Source: Wolbachia endosymbiont of Litomosoides sigmodontis
GTDB taxonomy: Bacteria > Pseudomonadota > Alphaproteobacteria > Rickettsiales > Anaplasmataceae
Direction: 5' to 3'
Length of the DNA: 32,000 nucleotides
NCBI RefSeq assembly: GCF_013365435.1
Contig: NZ_CP046577.1
Coordinates: forward strand, 148,961 to 180,960
Each line of letters opens with the position of its first letter. Position 1 is the first letter of the stretch. A program made the position numbers and the translations under genes. Below the pieces are notes generated by a model, which did no database searches, had not been told where the DNA came from, and worked only from the letters and a program-made list of their open reading frames with translations. Shown here piece by piece: positions 10,585-21,691 of this stretch.

Positions 10585-13236
10585 ATGAATACTGTTGTAA
10601 GTTGTGAAAAAGTTTTTGGTTCAAATAATGATAAAAAAGAACCTATTCTTACTTTAGGAAAACAACAATCTATTTCCAAGTTGGGAGAAAAGAAGAAATT
10701 GTTGGCTGGTTTTGATATCCCGCTAAGTGTATTTCGTCATAAAAGTTATGACTCTGACTTTTTTACTTCTTGGTATAATGTGTCAAGTGAAATATTTAAA
10801 GAGATAAACAGAACTTGCCGAGAAAAACTGCTACTAAATTTAGCTTTATCTGTTTTAATGCTTCCTTATATTGCTGTTATTGCATTAGGATTAGTTATAT
10901 ATAACAGATTTCAAGCAAATAGTAAAACACAGAATAGTTCAGAGAAGAATAAAATAGAAAGGAGTAAAGTAAGTGAAAGTACAGTAAAAAGATTAGTATA
11001 TGGTTTTCTTGCTGCAATAGCGACTCTTGTTAATATAGCTGTGCTTATAGTATTAATTGTTCCTGCAACACTCGCTTTGGCTACTTTTTATTTTTTGAAT
11101 AAGGAATTATCTCGTTCTTTGAGTGCTGCTTTTAAAGTAAGCGCGGGACTGTATCGCAGTGAACACCAGAATATTGCAATATCTTTTCATGAAGCAGAAG
11201 TTACTGAACCAAACATTGCATGGGATATGGAAATAAAATTTCCTCCACAATTTGAGCAGTTGCTTAGAGATTTGTATGAAGATAAAAATGATAAGCTATT
11301 TGTTACACGAGATTCGGAACATAATACTGTACTGAAATTATCAGCTAATATTCATTTAAGAAATAGTCTTATAACTTTGCATAATGAGATCAAGGAAGTG
11401 CTTAATACTTCGATTCAAGAGTTTGCGAGGACTATGGAAGAGCTGATAAAGCTAGAAAAGAAAGATATTATATATGATAAGCTGGGGGAGTTGTTAAACG
11501 GATTTAGACTAAGAGTGGTGAATAGTGTAGGTCCTAAATTAACAAGTCGTTTGATGCAGGATGCTTACGGAGTCGCTTTTATACAGGCAATCAAGATTGC
11601 ACAAGGGGAAGGAATGAGGAAGGAAGGTTTTTCGTTGGAGGAAAGACTAAAAGAAGTATTGGTAAAGGAAGAATTAAAAAGCCAAGGTAAGGAATTATCA
11701 AGTAAAAAAGATATTATAATAGAAGATTTGGAGAATGCAGGGATAAAAGTACCAAAAGACTTAAAAGAATATGAATTTTCTGTATATGAAGCAGAATGGA
11801 GGTACAGCAAAGAAGTGCGTAAAAGAACATTTATTGAGGTTTCTGAGAATAAGTATCTTCAAGAAACAAAGACAGCTCTAGGTAATGCAAAAGAAGAAAT
11901 TCAATATTTGAAGGAGTTAGTATTAAAAAGGTATAATGATATATATAAAGAGCTGGAAAAAATGCATGAGAATTGGAGAAATGGTAACTTAAAAAATGGT
12001 ACCTTAAAAAGGAGATTAGAAGATCTTTTTAAATTAGATCATGATGATCAAGAGATTGAGCAAAGGTTAATAGAATCAAGAATAAAGGCTATTCGGGCTC
12101 TATTGAATAGGTTAGATGATGGAGTAAAGCAGTCTTTAATGGAAGAGCTTAATGAGTTGGAAGCAAAAACTTCAAGTAAAGTAGATGGCTTTGTAGAAAG
12201 GACGTATTTAGAGATAAAGCAATATGAAATGCAAAGGTTACTTCAAAAACAGAAGAAAGGTGTTCTGGATTTATGCAGGATATTAAAAGAATATGAACCT
12301 GGCTTAGCAGAAATGATTGAGATTTTTCGCAGACAAGGACATTTGGAGGTAGAACAAGCACTAAAAGATCAAAATGAGCGTTTAAAAATTAAACTAAATG
12401 GTAGGGAAAAGGGGCATCCATGTACAAAATTAATAAAAGTCCTTTTAGAAAGAAATGAAAGAATTCTAAAAGCGTTAGAACAGTTAGAGTTATTTAAAGA
12501 GGAGTTGTTAATAAATGAAAAAACAAAAAGTGATTACAAAGAAGAGCTAACATCTCGAGAAAAAATAAAATTTGCAGTAATAGAAGATGAATTGCTGGAT
12601 GTCTTCAAGAAGAATGAAACCTTTGATGGAGAGGCAATCAAGAAATTATTAGAGAAAGCAGAGCTTGAGTACTGTTTAGCAGAGAAATGTATTAAATATC
12701 CTGTGATTAAAACGAAAGATAATGTCAAACATTTCTGTCAAGCTTTATTGTCTCCTTTGATAAGCAATTTGGCAGAAAATATAATAAATAATGTACCAAA
12801 GGATAATAAAAGTGGACTTTCAAGATTTTTGAGCTCTTGTAAAGTTGGTTTAGGCTATATTAAAATGGGCTGGTCAGCTACGAAAAAGAACGAAAGTACA
12901 GAAGGAAAAGCGTTAGATGTGGCACATGATACTTATAAGGAAGTAGAGACATTGCTTAAATATTTTGAGTCGAGTTATGAAGAAGTGGGAGCTTTAGTAG
13001 GTGATGTATTTTCTGATGATGGTGAAACGTTTAAAAAAAATATATGGCCTAAAATAAAAGATCATTTATGTGGAATGTGGGATAGATTCTTTAAGGATAT
13101 TGAATTCACATTAGTCAGCAAAAATAGAAATATCTGTCAAGAAACAAAGGAAACAGTAAGTGCTAAATTGAATGGGCTTGTAACACAGGAACATAAGAAT
13201 CCTGTTAATGAGCTTTGCTCAGTAACAGGGGCGTAA
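10585..13236 (+). CDS. Hypothetical membrane-anchored coiled-coil protein (883 aa); no family recognised
   Basis: Long uninterrupted ORF 60 nt after ileS on the same strand. Hydrophobic segments at aa 82-106 (nt 10828-10902) and a 35-aa segment at aa 137-171 with a central Pro (nt 10993-11097). The remaining roughly 700 aa are K/E/L-rich with heptad-like character. I see no catalytic motif. Confidence 0.8.
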   Translation: MNTVVSCEKVFGSNNDKKEPILTLGKQQSISKLGEKKKLLAGFDIPLSVFRHKSYDSDFFTSWYNVSSEIFKEINRTCREKLLLNLALSVLMLPYIAVIALGLVIYNRFQANSKTQNSSEKNKIERSKVSESTVKRLVYGFLAAIATLVNIAVLIVLIVPATLALATFYFLNKELSRSLSAAFKVSAGLYRSEHQNIAISFHEAEVTEPNIAWDMEIKFPPQFEQLLRDLYEDKNDKLFVTRDSEHNTVLKLSANIHLRNSLITLHNEIKEVLNTSIQEFARTMEELIKLEKKDIIYDKLGELLNGFRLRVVNSVGPKLTSRLMQDAYGVAFIQAIKIAQGEGMRKEGFSLEERLKEVLVKEELKSQGKELSSKKDIIIEDLENAGIKVPKDLKEYEFSVYEAEWRYSKEVRKRTFIEVSENKYLQETKTALGNAKEEIQYLKELVLKRYNDIYKELEKMHENWRNGNLKNGTLKRRLEDLFKLDHDDQEIEQRLIESRIKAIRALLNRLDDGVKQSLMEELNELEAKTSSKVDGFVERTYLEIKQYEMQRLLQKQKKGVLDLCRILKEYEPGLAEMIEIFRRQGHLEVEQALKDQNERLKIKLNGREKGHPCTKLIKVLLERNERILKALEQLELFKEELLINEKTKSDYKEELTSREKIKFAVIEDELLDVFKKNETFDGEAIKKLLEKAELEYCLAEKCIKYPVIKTKDNVKHFCQALLSPLISNLAENIINNVPKDNKSGLSRFLSSCKVGLGYIKMGWSATKKNESTEGKALDVAHDTYKEVETLLKYFESSYEEVGALVGDVFSDDGETFKKNIWPKIKDHLCGMWDRFFKDIEFTLVSKNRNICQETKETVSAKLNGLVTQEHKNPVNELCSVTGA

Positions 13237-13241
13237 TACAA

Positions 13242-15803
13242 CTATCTTGTTAAGTAACTATAAATAGCTGTAAAAATATCACTACTATCACAACCTATTT
13301 GAGCAAGCTCAGCGTTTTCACCATAACTTTTCCCGGTTACGCTAGATACTAGCTCTTTTGTGCTAACTTTATCAACTAAATCTTTACTTACTTTTACGAT
13401 CAATACTGTTTTATTTTTTTCCGTTGCCGTAAAAGCTATTACTGTTTTTGGTTTTTGTTGCTGCAAAATAAATTTCCTTACTATATTTGCTGGAATGTCA
13501 GTAAAAGAATGACTTATGAAATTCATTCCATTTATTTCAATGCTTTTTATGTTTTCTGTACTTACAAGCTTTTTGTAGAGGCTTTTTATTTTAATTTCAG
13601 ATTCTTTACGCTCTTGGTTTAAAATGCTTAACCTGCTTGTTATTTCATTTACTGGAGCTTTTACAAGTTCTGCAATTTTTTTTAAGTTGATTTCATTGTT
13701 ACGTGCATAATTAATTGCTTCTTGACCAGTTAAAGCTTCGATTCTTCTTACTCCAAATGCAATGGAACATTCTGTTACTATTTTAAATAAGCCAATTTCT
13801 CCAGTACGCTCTACGTGTGTACCACCGCATAACTCTTTTGAATCTCCAATGTTTACAACCCTAACCTGATCTCCATATTTTTCGCCGAATAATGCCATAG
13901 CCCCTTCATCTATTGCCTGATTCAGGCTTTGAATTTTTATAAACGCGGAAAGATTTTCTCTGATTAAAGAGTTTACCATATCTTCTATTAAAAATAGTTG
14001 ATTGTGAGTAACTTGAGTATTATGACTAAAGTCAAATCGTAGTCTATCTGGTGCAATTAGGGAACCTTTTTGAGTAATATGATCACCTAAGATTTTTCTT
14101 AATGAAAAGTGCAGAAGATGTGTAGCTGAGTGATTTTTTCTTAGGTTTTGCCTTCTTTCCTTATCAATGCTTGCTGTAACTATGTTATCTTTATAGATTG
14201 GGCCGGATTTAACTATGCATCTATGCAAATATAGGTCATTAACTTTATTGGTATTCTCTACTATAGCTATACCTTCAGCAGTAATGAAACTACCAGTATC
14301 TCCCATCTGTCCACCTGATTCGCCATAAAAAGGTGTTTTATCAAGTATAATAGTTATCTTTTCTCCCTCTTTTGTAGAATCAATCATTTCATTTTTAGAG
14401 GAAAGTATAGCTAGTACTTTTGCATCTTTTACTTCACTAAAATCATAACCAACAAATTCTGTTTTGCCGAATTTATTAATCAGATTAAACCATACTTGCT
14501 CAACAGATTTTTTACCAGATCCAGTCCATTTAGCACGTGCTCTTTCTTTTTGTTCTTTCATTGCATTATAAAAACCTTTTTGATCAAAGTTTATTTTTCT
14601 CTCTTTTAAGATATCAAGTGTAATGTCCAAGGGAAATCCATAAGTGTCATATAGCTTAAACGCTGACTCTCCCGATAAAGTATCGCCTGGTTTTAAATCT
14701 ATAGTGAATTTTTCCAAAAGATTAATGCCTTTCATCAGAGTGTCTTTAAAATTTTCTTCCTCTGATTTTAACGTTGTTTCTATTAAGCTTTTAGCTCTGA
14801 TTAATTCGGGATAGACATCTCCCATATAAGCTAAACTTGTTCTATCTATTAACACTGGAAAAATGTGATGAAGCAGGGAATCATTATATCCAAGTTGATG
14901 AATATAGCATGCTGCTCTCCTAATTAATCTGCGTAATACATAATTTCTCCCTTCATTTCCAGGTAGCACTCCTTCTGCAATGAGAAATGCAGCTGCACGA
15001 AGATGATCTGCAATGACCTTATGCGCTGCTTTATTCTCTACATCTCCACAGTATTCCTGTAATTTATTTATCAGAGCAGAAAATAGATCTATGTCATAGT
15101 TATCATAGACGTTTTGCACCACAGCAGCTATTCTCTCAAGGCCCATACCAGTGTCGATGCATTTTTGGGGCAATTTTTGCAGATTGCCTTCTTCATCTTT
15201 GTTAAATTCCATGAATACTAAATTCCAGATTTCAATAATTCTGTTGTCGTACTGTAAATTAGGCTTTGCATGGTCGTAAAAAATTTCAGAACATGGACCA
15301 CATGGTCCAGTATTGCCCATACTCCAAAAATTGTCATCTGTTGCAATTCTGATGATTTTATCGTTTGAAAAACCACTTACCTTGCGCCAAATCTCATATG
15401 ACTTATCATCAGTATGATAGATAGTTATAAACAATCTCTTTTTATCAAGAGGCAATTCTTCAGTGATAAATTTCCACGCAAATTCTATTGCGGTTTCTTT
15501 GAAATAATCACCGAAGCTAAAATTTCCGAGCATTTCAAAAAATGTGTGGTGCCGAGTTGTATAGCCAACATTTTTAAGATCGTTATGTTTACCACCTGCT
15601 CTTAGACATTTTTGACTCGAAACAGCACGTTTCATGTTAGTTTTTTGTATACCAGTAAAAATGTTTTTAAACTGCACCATGCCAGCGTTTGTGAACATAA
15701 GTGTTGGGTCATGTTCTGGAATTAAGGGAGACGAAGAAATCTGTTTATGATTATTACGTACAAAAAATTTTATAAATCTTTCTCTAATTTCGTTTAGCTT
15801 CAT
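13242..15803 (-). CDS. alaS: Alanyl-tRNA synthetase
   Basis: 853-aa ORF. N-terminus has [14 protein letters not shown] and the class II core. Editing-domain motifs HSATHLLH and CGGTHV are present. There is a C-terminal DHHA1-like region. Confidence 0.95.
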   Translation of the reverse strand: MKLNEIRERFIKFFVRNNHKQISSSPLIPEHDPTLMFTNAGMVQFKNIFTGIQKTNMKRAVSSQKCLRAGGKHNDLKNVGYTTRHHTFFEMLGNFSFGDYFKETAIEFAWKFITEELPLDKKRLFITIYHTDDKSYEIWRKVSGFSNDKIIRIATDDNFWSMGNTGPCGPCSEIFYDHAKPNLQYDNRIIEIWNLVFMEFNKDEEGNLQKLPQKCIDTGMGLERIAAVVQNVYDNYDIDLFSALINKLQEYCGDVENKAAHKVIADHLRAAAFLIAEGVLPGNEGRNYVLRRLIRRAACYIHQLGYNDSLLHHIFPVLIDRTSLAYMGDVYPELIRAKSLIETTLKSEEENFKDTLMKGINLLEKFTIDLKPGDTLSGESAFKLYDTYGFPLDITLDILKERKINFDQKGFYNAMKEQKERARAKWTGSGKKSVEQVWFNLINKFGKTEFVGYDFSEVKDAKVLAILSSKNEMIDSTKEGEKITIILDKTPFYGESGGQMGDTGSFITAEGIAIVENTNKVNDLYLHRCIVKSGPIYKDNIVTASIDKERRQNLRKNHSATHLLHFSLRKILGDHITQKGSLIAPDRLRFDFSHNTQVTHNQLFLIEDMVNSLIRENLSAFIKIQSLNQAIDEGAMALFGEKYGDQVRVVNIGDSKELCGGTHVERTGEIGLFKIVTECSIAFGVRRIEALTGQEAINYARNNEINLKKIAELVKAPVNEITSRLSILNQERKESEIKIKSLYKKLVSTENIKSIEINGMNFISHSFTDIPANIVRKFILQQQKPKTVIAFTATEKNKTVLIVKVSKDLVDKVSTKELVSSVTGKSYGENAELAQIGCDSSDIFTAIYSYLTR

Positions 15804-15878
15804 TCTTTTTACTAAGATTACCTATGCATAATAAATTGCAATGAAAGTAAAATCAATTTATCACAATCAACTTAGTTA

Positions 15879-16878
15879 TACTAATTCTCATTGTTAACAA
15901 GTTAAGTAATTAATATTACAGAATTGTTTAATTGCGAAGTGAAAAAGAGAGTAATAAATTTGTACAAAGCACTTTCAAGAAAAGCAATTATATCATAAAC
16001 TTTATTACGCAAAATGTTCTACTTTATATACAACCAAAGTTTCTGAATAAGATTAAGCTCTAGTGAGCATGGTGGTAGGTATACAATCTTAATATTTTAG
16101 ATATCTTGCAATTTTTTGATTTATGCTAACCAGCATAATCCGTAACAAGAAAAGCTTCTGATGTTCTTTTAAATGGCACAAATAAACCAGGGCTCTCTCC
16201 ATCTCTAGAATTAACCACATTGTGGAGATAAAAATTTTATCTACCTAATTTTACTTTAACCTGTGTTTTAACGTCCTTTTCTAACTACCATTGTCTAACT
16301 TTCAAGTGTGGTGCTAAACTATAATTCATCAAAGATGAATAACTCTTGTTCATGATACTTGCCAATAGTCTCATTAAGTTTTTTAAAACTCTTCCTGTCT
16401 ACCTTTATCTTGTTCATTATGAATTGATCTTGATGCAATATACGAAAACTTCATTCTCTACATATTATGGTATGGCTGTAGATTCACATATTCAAGCCAA
16501 ATTTTTCCTGAATCTCATTTCTTTAATGAAAATATCAGAATGTTCTTGCATTCATACTTCAACTCATTCAAACCGACTCTGATTCAATCTAGTTTTTCTA
16601 CGATCTTAAGAAGAGCAAACAATTTTCTTCTTTTAAATGAAACTTTGCTGCAGCTGTTACACAGTACTTTTTTGCTGCAATTACAGCATTTAGTGTTTTT
16701 TTGCAACATATGCATTATTTTACACTTCCTTCAAGCATTTTTTTGCTGACTCTATGACTTTCTTATTCAAAAATTTTGATTTCACACAACGCCATTTAAA
16801 TCTCGCTATCTTACTACTTCAGTAAGGCTTCTTTTTTATTATTGTCTATCCGTTTCTTATGTAGTGAGAATTGGTATT
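15879..16878 (-). mobile_element. Degenerate IS630-family IS, copy D; full length (about 1000 bp) but inactivated
   Basis: Ends TA|CTAATTCTCATTG ... GTAGTGAGAATTGG|TA form imperfect terminal inverted repeats with TA flanks. The minus strand carries transposase relics: KKKPY*-type N-terminus, ELFIFDE, and YLPPCSLKLNLIQKLW (mirror of 18041-18088). Many stops and frameshifts. Confidence 0.85.
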
Positions 16879-17337
16879 GTAAGAGCACGTTCTCTTGTTG
16901 TTTAATATAAATTACTTACATTTATCGCTTTTAACTAATACATGTATTTCATTACTAACTTTATGGTGTAGTTCTGTAATTGAATATAAATAGTTAAAAA
17001 AAGAAATAGTTCTTTAGTGTTTCTTTATTACACCTAGAATTATGTAAGCGTCAAGTTTTCCTTCTCAGTATCAATTTTAAAAATGTTCTTATGTTTTTCT
17101 TAAATCTTCCGCATTGATATGTAAGATCAGATATATACGCATTTTAATAGTTTAACCACCTTGCTCTTGTATTCGCTAGGCATATTTTACATTTTAGAGT
17201 TAAGATCAAATGCTTTCATTTCAAGATTTGTATTTTTTCTTATATCATCTAAACCTTTAGCTAATTTTGCATTGAAATTCTCTGTGAGTTTTGTAGCTAG
17301 TGCTTTTTCATTTTTGTTAAAAGCTAGTATATAGCAT

Positions 17338-18244
17338 TGAAATCAAAATTTTTAAGTAAGAAAATCATAGAGTCAGCAAAAAAATGCTTGAAGGAAGTGT
17401 AAAATAATGCATATGTTGCAAAAAAACACTAAATGCTGTAATTGTAGCAAAAAAGTACTGTGTAACAGCTGCAGCAAAGTTTCATTTAAAAGAAGAAAAT
17501 TGTTTGCTCTTCTTAAGATCGTAGAAAAACTAGATTGAATCAGAGTCGGTTTGAATGAGTTGAAGTATGAATGCAAGAACATTCTGATATTTTCATTAAA
17601 GAAATGAGATTCAGGAAAAATTTGGCTTGAATATGTGAATCTACAGCCATACCATAATATGTAGAGAATGAAGTTTTCGTATATTGCATCAAGATCAATT
17701 CATAATGAACAAGATAAAGGTAGACAGGAAGAGTTTTAAAAAACTTAATGAGACTATTGGCAAGTATCATGAACAAGAGTTATTCATCTTTGATGAATTA
17801 TAGTTTAGCACCACACTTGAAAGTTAGACAATGGTAGTTAGAAAAGGACGTTAAAACACAGGTTAAAGTAAAATTAGGTAGATAAAATTTTTATCTCCAC
17901 AATGTGGTTAATTCTAGAGATGGAGAGAGCCCTGGTTTATTTGTGCCATTTAAAAGAACATCAGAAGCTTTTCTTGTTACGGATTATGCTGGTTAGCATA
18001 AATCAAAAAATTGCAAGATATCTAAAATATTAAGATTGTATACCTACCACCATGCTCACTAAAGCTTAATCTTATTCAGAAACTTTGGTTGTATATAAAG
18101 TAGAACATTTTGCGTAATAAAGTTTATGATATAATTGCTTTTCTTGAAAGTGCTTTGTACAAATTTATTACTCTCTTTTTCACTTCGCAATTAAACAATT
18201 CTGCAATATTAATTACTTAACTTGTTAACAATGAGAATTGGGTA
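17338..18244 (+). mobile_element. Degenerate IS630-family IS, copy E; an inverted, roughly 99% identical twin of copy D lacking about 100 bp of the 5' end
   Basis: Coordinates map x to 34122-x onto copy D. The track ORFs 16346-16582/17540-17776 and 16540-16749/17373-17582 translate identically. Motifs ELFIFDE (17777-17797) and YLPPCSLKLNLIQKLW (18041-18088) match the IS630/Tc1 signature LPPYSPeLNPIEklW. Ends CAATGAGAATTGGG|TA. Confidence 0.88.
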
Positions 18245-18790
18245 TTAAGTCTTGGCCCAAATGTGTCTGATATACTGCTTTTGGTAATTTGTTACTCTCT
18301 TTCAATAACGTGCTCTGGTTGATATTTCATCACATAAGGCTCGATTTTTAGAAAATCAACACCTTAATTGGTGAAAATGTGATTTATCACATGAAGCAAT
18401 TCTACTTTTATAGCCTCACTTGCATCTATTTTAGCCTGACAGTTTTCTTATGTCCCCCAATTTAATTACACAATATTCTTTTCGCTTTTCAGTTGTTCTT
18501 TTTTGCTTTATATTGATAAATTTTTGAATTTAAACTAACCTTTTCCTTTCATTTAGCATTTTCTACCTTCAAGGTTTTGTTCTCTTAGCTTTAGACTTTC
18601 ATTCTCTCTTTACGGATCTTTCTATTTTTGCTTCTAACTTTGCTATTTTTTGCTGCAGACTTTTCTAGAATTCTAAAAGGTTTATCTTATTACCCCACTT
18701 TTGCTCCATTATCTTTTTATACTATTTTGTCTATCTTGTTTTGTTACTACGTAATATTTGTAGCTAAAGGCTTTCGGCAAATTAGGTGGT

Positions 18791-19576
18791 TTATATACTG
18801 TTTGCTAGTAAACAAAATTGTTCAATAGTTAAATTTTCTGGACGCTCATTTCCACTTAATTTAGCGTTTTTAAGAGCGGTTTCAGTATGATTCGTTACAT
18901 TTTGCAAGCTATTCCTTAGCATCTTTCTTCTTTGACCAAAAACAGTACGTGTTAATTTTGTTAAGACTTCTAAATTTACTGTGAATCTTTGTGTAGGTAA
19001 AGGCCTCACTGTAATTACTGAAGTATATACTTTCGGCCTTGGAAAAAACTTTTTAGGTTCGATATCAAACTCCCTTCTTACATCACATAGTAACTGGCTT
19101 AGCACTGATAGGGAACCATAATCTTTAGAATTGGGTCTTGCTATAATACGATCTGCTACCTCTTTCTGAAACGTTAATGTCAAAGTTGTAAAAAGTTTTA
19201 TTTTGTTTAACCACTTTAAAAATAACGCTACCGAAATATTGTAAGGCAAGTTTGCAATGACTTTTACTGGGTGTTCTATTAGGTCCTCTTCTACAACATA
19301 AAGCGCATCCGCTTCTACAATTCTAAATTTGTTCTGGTATTCATTAAGCAATTGGTTATGACGCTTCACCAGATTACTATCCTTTTCTATAGCCAGCAGA
19401 GACTTGGGATTATGCGCTAATATCTCTCTTGTTAATGCGCTACATCCAGGGCCAATTTCAATGACGTTAAAATCTTTTAAATTACCAGCTAAAATGACTA
19501 TTCTTTTTGTTATCTCACTCGATAAAATAAAATTTTGACCTAGACTTTTTTTTGGCTTAAATGAAAATTTTTTCAT
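18791..19576 (-). CDS. rsmA: 16S rRNA (adenine1518/1519-N6)-dimethyltransferase
   Basis: 261-aa ORF. Contains KKSLGQNFI, the SAM-binding motif VIEIGPG, and ANLPYNIS. Confidence 0.92.
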   Translation of the reverse strand: MKKFSFKPKKSLGQNFILSSEITKRIVILAGNLKDFNVIEIGPGCSALTREILAHNPKSLLAIEKDSNLVKRHNQLLNEYQNKFRIVEADALYVVEEDLIEHPVKVIANLPYNISVALFLKWLNKIKLFTTLTLTFQKEVADRIIARPNSKDYGSLSVLSQLLCDVRREFDIEPKKFFPRPKVYTSVITVRPLPTQRFTVNLEVLTKLTRTVFGQRRKMLRNSLQNVTNHTETALKNAKLSGNERPENLTIEQFCLLANSI

Positions 19577-19661
19577 ACCACTTCATTATGCAATACTTTA
19601 GTCATTATAAAAATAGTTGACTGAAATTCATTGATAATTGTATATTGTTAACGTATTTAAC

Positions 19662-19734
<73 letters not shown>

Positions 19735-20018
19735 TGTGCAGTAATTCACACTTGACCTGATAGACAAGAATTAATTGATAAAAGAATGACTTTGTTGCAT
19801 CTCTGCTTATGAAAGGCCAGCTATAGTTAGGGTGTAAGTAACTTACCGAAAATATTGTTTTTTTATAGTCAATCTGATCATAATTTAAGATTAGTGATTC
19901 ATTATCTGTATCAATGAATTTAATTCTATTTGAGAAATAACTAAGATATTGAAATACTTGAATTTTAGCTAGATTAGTGAGTGATAGTGAGATTTCTTTT
20001 ACTCAAATTTAGGTATTT

Positions 20019-20087
20019 ATACCGATTCTCCTTACATAGGGAACTGATAGATAATAATGGAAAAGAAAGCCATGCTGAAGTAAGTAG
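20019..20087 (+). mobile_element. IS630-family fragment, copy G; 5' end of an older copy interrupted by copy F
   Basis: ataccgattctccttacatagggaactgatagataataatggaaaagaaagccatgctgaagtaagtag aligns with the 5' ends of copies B and D (reverse complement), including the MEKK(A/P) transposase start. A possible continuation lies at about 21092-21115 (gtgagaatcaaaaatattagaaa). Confidence 0.55.
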
Positions 20088-21089
20088 TACTAATTCTCAT
20101 TATTAAAACTGGTCAAATAAGTGACGTTGCAGAGTTGTTTAATTGTGGAGTGAGAAAAGAGAGAGGTAATAAATTTGCACAAGGGGTTCTCAAGCAAAGC
20201 ACTATATTATAGATTTTATTATGCAAAATGTTCTGTTTTATATATAACTAAAGTTCCTCAGTACGATTAAGTTCTGGTAAGTATGATGGTGAGTATATAA
20301 TCTAGATATTTTTAGGTGCTTCAATTTTTTTGATTTATGCTAATTAGCATATCTATGACAAGGAAAGCTTCTTATGTTCTTAAATATTGCGACATTTATT
20401 TGAGAAATATACTCATACAATCGGTATTGCCACATTAGGCGTAAATAAAACTGGAGCTCTCTTCATTTCTAGGATTAACTGTACTGTAGAGATAAGAATT
20501 TTATCTATCTAATTTTATTTTAATTCGTGTTTTAACGTCCTTTTTAAATCACTCTTGTCCAACTTTCAAATGTGGTGCAGAACCGTAATTCATCAAAAAA
20601 AAATAACTCTTGTTCAGAATACTATCTTGATAGTCTCATTAAATTTTTAAACTCTTCTTGTCTACCTTTATCTTGTTTATTATGAATTGATCTTGAAGTA
20701 ATATATGAGAACTTCATTTTCTACATATTACGGTATATTGTGGACTTGCTGACATTCAAGCCAAATTTTTCCTTGATCCTTGTTCTCATTTTTAATGGTA
20801 ATATTAGGATTTCCTTGTATCTATACTTCAACTTATTCGAATTGATTCTGATTCAAATCTGTTTTTTTTACGAAATTAAGAAGAGTAAATAATTTTACTT
20901 CTCTTTCAAATTTTAGGTGCTTTATCCATGTAATCAATGCTGTCTTCATATTCCTTTTGCTAATTCTACGGCTTTTTTATCCAATAATTTTGGGTTCAAC
21001 GCTATTTAAATCTCGCTATTTTACTTACTTCAGTATGGCTTCTTTTCCATTATTATCTGCTTGTTTCTTATACAGTAGAAATTGATATT
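20088..21089 (-). mobile_element. Degenerate IS630-family IS, copy F; full length (about 1002 bp), inactivated, nested in copy G
   Basis: Ends TA|CTAATTCTCATTATT ... ACAGTAGAAATTGA|TA. Collinear with copy D throughout but clearly diverged from it. Stops in all frames. Confidence 0.85.
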
Positions 21090-21598
21090 AGGTGAGAATC
21101 AAAAATATTAGAAATTATCACATTTATCTGATAAATCATCTTCTCAAAAGAATATCTATAAGAGCAAATATGTAAAAGGAAGAGCAATTACTCAAATTAT
21201 TTCAGGCATTCTCACACAACAACCTTCCTACAACTTAAAAACATTTCTCATAAAAATAAAAATTCTTTGCCAAACAAAACCATAAACCTTTTGCTAGAAA
21301 TAAATAAAATTAGAACTCTATTAGTTACTAATAATGCTCTAAAATTGCCACTAAAAACTATATTTTTCTCAAAAGGAGCTTATTTTGGTAACTTTTTCTA
21401 TTTTAAAGTGCTGCTTATAGAATTTTTCATATACATTAAATTTTTGTCATTTTATCTGTACAGAGAAAATAAATAAGTGGCTTAGGTACTATGACAAGAA
21501 AGTTGGTGAAGCTTGTTCAAGATGATATCACTAAAATCTTATAAAGCACAAAAACGTTTACAACTAGCGCTCAGCATGATAAATTGAAAACAGTTTAT

Positions 21599-21670
21599 TC
21601 CTCGGTAGCTCAGTGGTAGAGCAGTTGGCTGTTAACCAATTGGTCGCTGGTTCGAATCCGGCCCGGGGAG
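21599..21670 (+). tRNA. tRNA-Asn (anticodon GUU)
   Basis: Hand-folded cloverleaf. Acceptor TCCTCGG/CCGGGGA with one G-U pair, D arm GCTC-AGTGGTA-GAGC, anticodon arm GTTGG-CTGTTAA-CCAAT, and T arm GCTGG-TTCGAAT-CCGGC. 72 nt. Confidence 0.9.
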
Positions 21671-21691
21671 CGTTTTTCTCTATTATTCTAT

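Noticed and set aside
16346-17776. Identical ORF pairs (78 aa and 69 aa) at 16346-16749 and 17373-17776 considered as a duplicated small-protein gene pair
   Set aside because: They are read from the strand opposite to the transposase relic inside IS copies D and E. Their identity simply reflects the 99% identical inverted repeat. The ORFs at 5054-5290, 25465-25704, 29097-29342 and 29846-30037 are likewise IS-internal fragments.
18245-18790. Possible decayed gene on the minus strand (fragments such as SLQQKIAKLEAKIERSVKRE) between IS copy E and rsmA, including the track ORF 18628-18828
   Set aside because: There are only short open stretches with low-complexity K/E content. No motif is recognisable, so this cannot be distinguished from random AT-rich sequence by eye.
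21267-21476. Isolated 60-70-aa ORFs in intergenic regions: 21267-21476, 23234-23446, 26995-27201, 27039-27224 and 27794-28003
   Set aside because: They have no ribosome-binding sites, skewed F/L/I/K/N composition and no motifs. Several lie within the pseudogene tract.
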